Below, piece after piece: positions 15,591 to 21,402 of a DNA stretch of 21,402 bases. Numbering within the stretch: the stretch's first letter is position 1; every line of letters begins with the position of its first letter. The stretch is from the NCBI GenBank assembly GCA_048938385.1, contig JBHLMG010000031.1, forward strand, positions 1 through 21,402, written 5' to 3'. The stretch is from Promethearchaeota archaeon (GTDB lineage Archaea; Asgardarchaeota; Hermodarchaeia; Hermodarchaeales; Hermodarchaeaceae). The notes under the pieces were generated by a model. The model was not told the DNA's origin. It saw only the letters and a program-made list of their open reading frames with translations, and did no database searches. The translations under genes were made by a program, and so were the position numbers.

Positions 15591-16131
15591 TGTGGATTTC
15601 TCCAAAGCTAACCGGTTCTGCTTGGTTTTTGCGAATCATGAGCCGAGCATTCTCAGCTGGTAGCATCGCTAGGTCATCCGCTCTGAATGGTCCATAGGTT
15701 TTTAAATCTACTCCAACGAGCTGAGGGTGATCGTCGAGAAAACGGACGAGGAGGAGTGTGGCCGAGGAATTGGCGTCTATGGGTGTGAACAAGTCATCTG
15801 TGACCATGAATACGGACCGTAGGTTACGAGTGATTTGTTCGACGAACCGTCGTTCATTACGGGTCAAAAGCTCAAAGTCAACTTCCTGGTCTGGTATCAG
15901 TGCTAAAATTTTACGAACGCGAAGTTGAATAAGATTATTAATCATGAACCGAAGATTAGCAAGTTCGGTTTTGTAGAGTTGGCGTTGAATACTGTTCTTT
16001 TCTGCGGATTGTGAAAGGTCAAGGACTCGTTCGATGTATGAGCGGAGGTTTTGGAGGAAAGAGTCGCGCAAAGAGAGGAGGGTGGGTGCTTCGCGTTCAG
16101 CCTGCCAACGTTCAAGGAGTTCGGTGTACAA
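15568..16131 (-). CDS. gins15: GINS complex subunit Gins15 (Gins51)
   Basis: Helical A domain (R-x-x-KI, LTRNE) plus C-terminal B domain VRFL...VGVDLKTYGPF..DD..LP.ENA; lies between priS and rpl44e. Confidence 0.9.
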   Translation of the reverse strand: MYTELLERWQAEREAPTLLSLRDSFLQNLRSYIERVLDLSQSAEKNSIQRQLYKTELANLRFMINNLIQLRVRKILALIPDQEVDFELLTRNERRFVEQITRNLRSVFMVTDDLFTPIDANSSATLLLVRFLDDHPQLVGVDLKTYGPFRADDLAMLPAENARLMIRKNQAEPVSFGEIHNEGAKDH

Positions 16132-16147
16132 GGTGACGATTCCTCCA

Positions 16148-17383
16148 TTATTTTGCTAGTTCTGCTACTCCTTTACAGAGCAGTAGCATAGCTGCGGAGA
16201 GAGGAAGGTCCTTTTTAATTTCGCGCATTGCGGGGTACTGTACTCCTTCCAAGGTAAACGCAGGAGCATCATGAATAAAGACTGTAGCAGTTCCCGAAAA
16301 TACCTGCGCGTTACGAAAGGGATCAAACCCCTCAAGAGACGCGCTGTCCAAAGGCTTGACGAGAAATCCCGTCTTTCCATTAAGCGATCCTGGTAATCGT
16401 ATAAGCCGATGGATGTCTGTAGTTACCGGTTCATCGACGATTGCGCTGAGGGATTCAATGACATGTTGGGTTAAAACTTGCCATGCTTTGGACCCGATGC
16501 CTTTAGGGGTGATATACCTGGCTGGTGTTGCGCTGAGATTTTTCCGGATTGTGGGAGCGTTTTGCTGAAGGATTCGGGCTTGATTTGCTCTTAGACCAGG
16601 GATTTGGTGTAATTGTTGAGGGGCTTGGAAGAGAGAGAGAAGGCCTTGGGCAAGTTTGCTTTCCCAACCAGGGATTCGAGGGTCTGGTCCTTTCGGGAGT
16701 CCATTGCTGTCATCTGTGAAGCCGTAGTGTTGGAGATCGATACCAATACCGGAGATGTAATCAACAATTTCTCGACGCTCTTGCGAACCTAAACTGTGAA
16801 GTTCAGGCGTGAAACAATGGATGTGATAACCACGGTGTCCGGAAAATACGAACATGATTTCGGAGCGAGAGAGCCCTAGCTCTGGAATGAGGAAGGTCTC
16901 AACAATTTTGACGGCTTCATCCTTGGCTTTGCCTAGGCACTCCTCGCACATCCATTTGAGTTCTTGAAGGCGGTTTCCTGTGCAGGTGGGGCATCGTTCG
17001 GGTCGACGCCCGTGATCACGATGGTTACAATCCTGACACCACCAGGCATCGTGTTGTTGTTGACAGGGTAAATCGTAATGGTCGGCATCGATGTCGAAAA
17101 TTAAATCCGCTCCACGCCAACCTTTCAGCGGCATTTGTGGGGCGTCTGGTTCGTCATAATAGGCTGCAGAATAGAAGGTGTGAGCTGGTCCTTCATTAAC
17201 CATGAATTGGAGGAGTTCCTTCTGACTGACAAAGCTTGTATGGCGTAGGGCGCCTTCGCGGGAGAACCAGAAGAAGGCAAATTCTCGGTGTTCAAATTGA
17301 GGTGGTAGAGTGAGATCGGTCCCGTGTTGCTGATAGTATTGGACAAATTGGTTAATGAGGAACTTCAGGGTTTGGATGACCAT
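16148..17383 (-). CDS. priS: DNA primase small (catalytic) subunit
   Basis: REF, DLIFDIDAD, FSGHRGYH, DEPVTTDIHRLIRLPGSLN. Confidence 0.96.
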   Translation of the reverse strand: MVIQTLKFLINQFVQYYQQHGTDLTLPPQFEHREFAFFWFSREGALRHTSFVSQKELLQFMVNEGPAHTFYSAAYYDEPDAPQMPLKGWRGADLIFDIDADHYDLPCQQQHDAWWCQDCNHRDHGRRPERCPTCTGNRLQELKWMCEECLGKAKDEAVKIVETFLIPELGLSRSEIMFVFSGHRGYHIHCFTPELHSLGSQERREIVDYISGIGIDLQHYGFTDDSNGLPKGPDPRIPGWESKLAQGLLSLFQAPQQLHQIPGLRANQARILQQNAPTIRKNLSATPARYITPKGIGSKAWQVLTQHVIESLSAIVDEPVTTDIHRLIRLPGSLNGKTGFLVKPLDSASLEGFDPFRNAQVFSGTATVFIHDAPAFTLEGVQYPAMREIKKDLPLSAAMLLLCKGVAELAK

Positions 17384-18393
17384 TTCCTCCTTCGACGATA
17401 ATAGGCAAGGGGGTGTCGGCGCTGCTCTGCCTTATCAGGATCTACGCACAATCGCACAGATACCATGTATGCGCAACTCGGTGAAGTGTATTCAGTGCTA
17501 CCCCGTTTCCCGGCAATGTGTTCGATTTGGTACCGAGCTAAATCTTCTCGGAAGTCTGGAGCTTTCATGAAGATTTCGAGGATGGAATCAACATCCATGC
17601 CAATGTTTAGTAAAAAGGCTGTGATTGCGAAGCGAGCAATGTGAGATAGGGGTTTTCCTTCTTTTAAGTTGGCTAAAAGGACTTGCATGCAGGGTGGAAA
17701 GGCTTCGGGAACGATTTCGCCCTGGATGTCTTTGCGAAAGCGATCTGCTCGCTTTTGGACTTTTTCGTCAAGGTTCTCATAGATTATTTGGATGTTGGGA
17801 GGGAAATTTGCTGGAACCTTTTTGATGTCTCGTATGAGCAGGTTTTCTAAGGCAGCCCGGAGTATGCGGGCAGTCTCCGCTTTGCGAAGGAGTACATACC
17901 CATTGGCAAGGCGTTTGTTCACTAGCTTCCATTCTCGTTCATGGAATCCTGTGGTGGCGTTAAGGTAGTTGGCAAAATGGAGCTTGTGAGTGAAGACCCT
18001 TCCACCCACTCGAGTCATTTCAGCGGTTAGTTTCCAGTCAAACTCTCGTTGTGCGATCTGAACAAGTCCAGCCTCGGTTTCTCGTAGTAGAAAGATTTCG
18101 GCTCGTTTTGCTTCAGCTGTGGCCCAACGCCGGCGTAAGAACATGCTGCCTATACCATCAACGAGGGCTTTCGCAACAAAAAAACTGGTAAACTCGATGT
18201 AGGGGTCGTCGCTTTTTTGTTCACGACCAGTTTTTGAGTCTAATGCTTGGAGGAGACGCTGTTCAGCGCGTTGAATGATGCGAGGGTTTTCATCGACTTC
18301 TCCGAGCGTAACATCCAGGTCTTTTAGAAACGATCGTGCCATCACTGACCAAGGGTATTTGGCTGCTTCGTGAATAGAAATTTCCTCGCGCAT
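17365..18393 (-). CDS. priL: DNA primase large subunit
   Basis: KYP, WKLVN..L..GYV, FPPCM, LSH.ARF, PDF..YQIEHI, Y..PSC, HPLAYY. Confidence 0.95.
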   Translation of the reverse strand: MREEISIHEAAKYPWSVMARSFLKDLDVTLGEVDENPRIIQRAEQRLLQALDSKTGREQKSDDPYIEFTSFFVAKALVDGIGSMFLRRRWATAEAKRAEIFLLRETEAGLVQIAQREFDWKLTAEMTRVGGRVFTHKLHFANYLNATTGFHEREWKLVNKRLANGYVLLRKAETARILRAALENLLIRDIKKVPANFPPNIQIIYENLDEKVQKRADRFRKDIQGEIVPEAFPPCMQVLLANLKEGKPLSHIARFAITAFLLNIGMDVDSILEIFMKAPDFREDLARYQIEHIAGKRGSTEYTSPSCAYMVSVRLCVDPDKAEQRRHPLAYYRRRRKWSSKP

Positions 18394-18430
18394 TTTCTCG
18401 GCCTAAGCATTGGAATTAGTTTCAATCGGA

Positions 18431-19186
18431 TTAGAATTCGTCTTCGACGCGGGGGGCAAGAAAGTAGGTTATGTGTCCGCCGCTACTGACAGCAAAGACG
18501 AGTTTTATGGGTGTGCCTTTACCAAACTCCATCTGGACAGTGTCGGAAGCGGCCACTGCTTTCATCATGTCATTGAGGTATTCAAGGGCATACAGTGATT
18601 TGGAGGCATTTTTGACAGTGTATTCTAGAAGGGCTTCCTCATCTTTTTTAATTGCCACTTCGAGGTTGCCTGTATCTCCACGCGCCGAGACGGTAAGTGT
18701 TTCAGGAGTGGCGTCGATGGCGATAAAGTCGCTGATGATGTCAGCATCTTGAATGATTTCTTTCAAAGTGTCGCCAGTAATTTTGATAGTGACATCGAAT
18801 TCAACATTAAGACTGGGAGGCCGATCAGCTCCAAGGTCAATGAGGGATATTTTGAAGCTACGGCGTGTTCGACCTTCTAGAGTTATTTGTAGTTGGTTCA
18901 GTTCTCGGTCAAGCCCTAAAGCAAGGCTGTTTCCAGCCCCAGCACGCTTTACGATTTTTTCCATCTCATCTAAGTTAATGCCCATTTGCCCTTCTTCGTC
19001 ACAATCATACTGACTAAAGGCGCTCTTAGGCAGTTCGAAGTCGACCATGGCAATTCGTGATGGGTCCATGGCTCGAAGAGTCATGCCCTGGGGTGAGATT
19101 TCAAAGTTGGCCTCATCAACCAGAGCAGAAATAGCGCTAATTAGTGCTTGCCAAGTCTTCGCATCATCAAATTTAGCAGTAAACAA
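18431..19186 (-). CDS. pcna: Sliding clamp PCNA
   Basis: DEANF, AMDPSRIAMV, Y..EYL, YFLAPR; TTG start with a GGAGG SD. Confidence 0.97.
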   Translation of the reverse strand: MFTAKFDDAKTWQALISAISALVDEANFEISPQGMTLRAMDPSRIAMVDFELPKSAFSQYDCDEEGQMGINLDEMEKIVKRAGAGNSLALGLDRELNQLQITLEGRTRRSFKISLIDLGADRPPSLNVEFDVTIKITGDTLKEIIQDADIISDFIAIDATPETLTVSARGDTGNLEVAIKKDEEALLEYTVKNASKSLYALEYLNDMMKAVAASDTVQMEFGKGTPIKLVFAVSSGGHITYFLAPRVEDEF

Positions 19187-19528
19187 TTATGGAGACCTCC
19201 CGCTGGCAGCGGCGTCGATTATTTTCTGTGCTTTGATATAAAGCTGTTTGTCAAGTGCCGCTAGATCTTGAATAATTTCTGCACGAACAAGGGGTTGACC
19301 ATCCTCTGTGGTTGCGAGCGATCCAAAGACGCGTACAAAGGCTTCCAGACGCGGTGGATGCTCGGTTACGACGCGAATTCGACCCGTGTCGTCACTGAGG
19401 ACAAAACCACCCGAGTCTTGGTCGACAACATAGCCCATTATCCGAACACGACGGCCAGTAGAATCGCCTGTAATGGTACCAATATTCGTAGAGACTGCGG
19501 GAGTTCGGATAAAGGGATCAATTGACAT
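19187..19528 (-). CDS. Single OB-fold protein, RPA3/RPA14-like small subunit of replication protein A
   Basis: R.PAV...I..I...RVRIMG.VV...LSDDTG...VRVFG...AEIIQD followed by a C-terminal helix; matches the pattern I recall for Pyrococcus RPA14. Confidence 0.75.
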   Translation of the reverse strand: MSIDPFIRTPAVSTNIGTITGDSTGRRVRIMGYVVDQDSGGFVLSDDTGRIRVVTEHPPRLEAFVRVFGSLATTEDGQPLVRAEIIQDLAALDKQLYIKAQKIIDAAASGRSP

Positions 19529-19574
19529 GAATGGACTCCGCCACTTGTTTTAATGTAGAGTTTTACAAAGTTCT

Positions 19575-19630
19575 CTTTAAGGTTATATTTATTCTTGGTT
19601 CGCTCATTAAAAGGAGAAACTTTATAGAGC
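19575..19630. promoter_or_regulatory. Divergent AT-rich promoter region (rpa3-pcna operon / winged-helix gene)
   Basis: AAATATAA..TTAAAG on the minus strand; GGAGAAAC-TTTATAG (BRE-TATA-like) on the plus strand. Confidence 0.45.
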
Positions 19631-19719
19631 ATTCATGCTTGAATTGTGCTGGCAGCCTCCAAGAAGAAGTTCGTGCTTCTTGAAGGCCCGTTTTCTTGAA
19701 TCAGATGAGGTCGAATACT

Positions 19720-19971
19720 TTGACTTGGCGTACAGTACCCCTTCGGAATTCAATCCTTGCCATTCTCCAGAAGCGTCAAGGTGTAGTAATTGATAAGGAA
19801 CTGCTTCGGTTGCTGAAGACGAATCGTGTCAGTGCCACTCCTGAAGAGCTTGATCGGGCTTTGTTAGAACTTGAAATCGGAGGGCAAGTTCATGTTCAAC
19901 AGATTACCAAGACGAAACGCAAAATTGAGCTCTTGGGTGAACGCCGATACTTGTCGATTGCTGAGGACTAA
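19720..19971 (+). CDS. Small winged-helix protein of unknown function
   Basis: Three helices then a beta hairpin (LLELEIGGQVHVQQITKTKRKIEL). TTG 19720 has a GAGGT SD; the ORF is open from 19696. Confidence 0.7.
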   Translation: MTWRTVPLRNSILAILQKRQGVVIDKELLRLLKTNRVSATPEELDRALLELEIGGQVHVQQITKTKRKIELLGERRYLSIAED

Positions 19972-19998
19972 TTTCATTGATGGATTCAGCCACAGGTT

Positions 19999-21402
19999 TT
20001 AAGCGAAAGGCGTGGTGCTCGGTCGGGTTTGACGAGCTTGTTTACCCCAGGACCGATAGGCCTGTTCCATTTCTGGGGTAACCGTCGGATTGATTTCTTC
20101 AATGGCTTTGAGGAAATGCGCCCGAGTTACCTTTTGGGTTTTCATATCGTCTTCGAGAGCCGCAAGTGCCGCTTCGCGACAACATGCCGCAATATCGCTA
20201 CCTGCGAAGTTCTCGGATAACCGAACTAGCTCATCGAGTTTCACATCTTTAGCAATGGGCATGTTCTTAGTGTAGATTTCAAAGATTTGTTTCCGCGCAC
20301 CTTCATCGGGGGCGGGTACGAGAATATGCCGGTCAAACCGTCCTGGACGAAGCAAGGCAGGATCTAACAGATCAGGACGATTGGTAGCAGCTAAAACAAC
20401 GATGTCTTGGAGCCCTTGGATCCCATCCACTTCTGTGAGAAATTGGCTGATGACACGCTCTGATACATGCGAGTCTCCACCGCCAGTACCACGAGCAGGG
20501 GCAATCGCGTCGATTTCATCGAAAAATACAATGGCGGGAGCCGCATGCCGAGCACGACGAAAGACTTCGCGCACCGCCTTTTCCGACTCCCCCACCCATT
20601 TGCTCAACAATTCTGGGCCTTTAATGCTGATGAAGTTAGCTTCGCTTTCGGTGGCGACCGCTCGGGCCAGTAGTGTTTTTCCACATCCAGGGGGACCGTA
20701 GAGGAGGACGCCTCGGGGGGGTTCGACGCCCAGGCGATTAAAGGCGTCTGGGTTCTGGAGAGGCCATTGAACCGCTTGTTGGAGTTTGTGTTTGATGAGC
20801 TCAAGACCCCCAACATCGGACCAACGGACATTGGGCACTTCGATGGTCACTTCTCGCATAGCAGTTGGTTGAACTTCTCGTAGTGCACTTACGAAATCGT
20901 CATTAGTAACACGAAGATCTGCGAGCACCTCTGGCGGGATTTCGTCTTCTTCTAGGTTGATGCGGGGAAGATAACGGCGGAGGGCTCGCATAGCAGCTTC
21001 TCGGCACAGCGCAGCAAGGTCGGCGCCCACGAAGCCGTGAGTCACCTCTGCGATTTGTTTAGGATTGACGGATTCAAGAGGCATTCCACGCGAGTGGATG
21101 AGAATAATTTTGTGGCGACCTTCTTTGTCCGGAACGCGGATTTCGACCTCGCGGTCAAATCGTCCCGGTCGACGAAGCGCAGGATCGATAGCATTTGGAC
21201 GATTACTCGCTCCGATAACGATCACCTGTCCACGTTTCTGGAGTCCATCCATTACAGCGAGGAGCTGAGCGACCACTCTTCGTTCAACTTCTCCGATAAC
21301 TTCTTCCCGCTTGGGTGCAATGGCATCAAGTTCATCGATGAAGATGATGCTGGGGGCGTTCTTTTCGGCTTCCTCGAAGATTTGGCGGAGGCGTTTTTCG
21401 GA
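19999..21402 (-). CDS. cdc48: CDC48/VCP-family AAA ATPase, partial: N-terminus beyond window end
   Basis: Frame open to the edge ([20 protein letters not shown]); D1 [12 protein letters not shown]; D2 [22 protein letters not shown]. Confidence 0.97.
   Translation of the reverse strand, partial: SEKRLRQIFEEAEKNAPSIIFIDELDAIAPKREEVIGEVERRVVAQLLAVMDGLQKRGQVIVIGASNRPNAIDPALRRPGRFDREVEIRVPDKEGRHKIILIHSRGMPLESVNPKQIAEVTHGFVGADLAALCREAAMRALRRYLPRINLEEDEIPPEVLADLRVTNDDFVSALREVQPTAMREVTIEVPNVRWSDVGGLELIKHKLQQAVQWPLQNPDAFNRLGVEPPRGVLLYGPPGCGKTLLARAVATESEANFISIKGPELLSKWVGESEKAVREVFRRARHAAPAIVFFDEIDAIAPARGTGGGDSHVSERVISQFLTEVDGIQGLQDIVVLAATNRPDLLDPALLRPGRFDRHILVPAPDEGARKQIFEIYTKNMPIAKDVKLDELVRLSENFAGSDIAACCREAALAALEDDMKTQKVTRAHFLKAIEEINPTVTPEMEQAYRSWGKQARQTRPSTTPFA

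Noticed and set aside
1-21402. CRISPR array, transposase or defence island
   Set aside because: No regularly spaced repeats or mobility/defence genes seen; the window is almost fully occupied by housekeeping and metabolic genes.

Overview
Archaeal chromosomal window, most consistent with an Asgard archaeon (inferred from a longin+winged-helix protein, a standalone 7TM protein, RPA3 and a eukaryote-like STT3/AglB). Left arm (minus strand): one tightly coupled redox operon hdrC-hdrB-korD-korA-korB-korC-hdrA-mvhD-mvhG-mvhA (mvhA runs off the window), with a four-subunit 2-oxoacid:ferredoxin oxidoreductase inserted inside the Hdr-Mvh cluster. Centre: a 7TM protein, a longin-WH protein, a tRNA gene, gcvH and aglB. 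Right arm: the conserved replication/translation cluster rpa3-pcna-priL-priS-gins15-rpl44e-rps27e-aIF2alpha-nop10, a small winged-helix gene and a partial cdc48. Main discovery: the apparently intergenic stretch 10185-10373 (minus) is a tRNA-Leu(CAA) gene split into five exons by four bulge-helix-bulge introns (positions 8/9, 30/31, 37/38, 59/60). It is preceded by a probable leader carrying a second copy of the acceptor 5' strand, and the precursor has a network of mutually exclusive pairings that implies ordered splicing.
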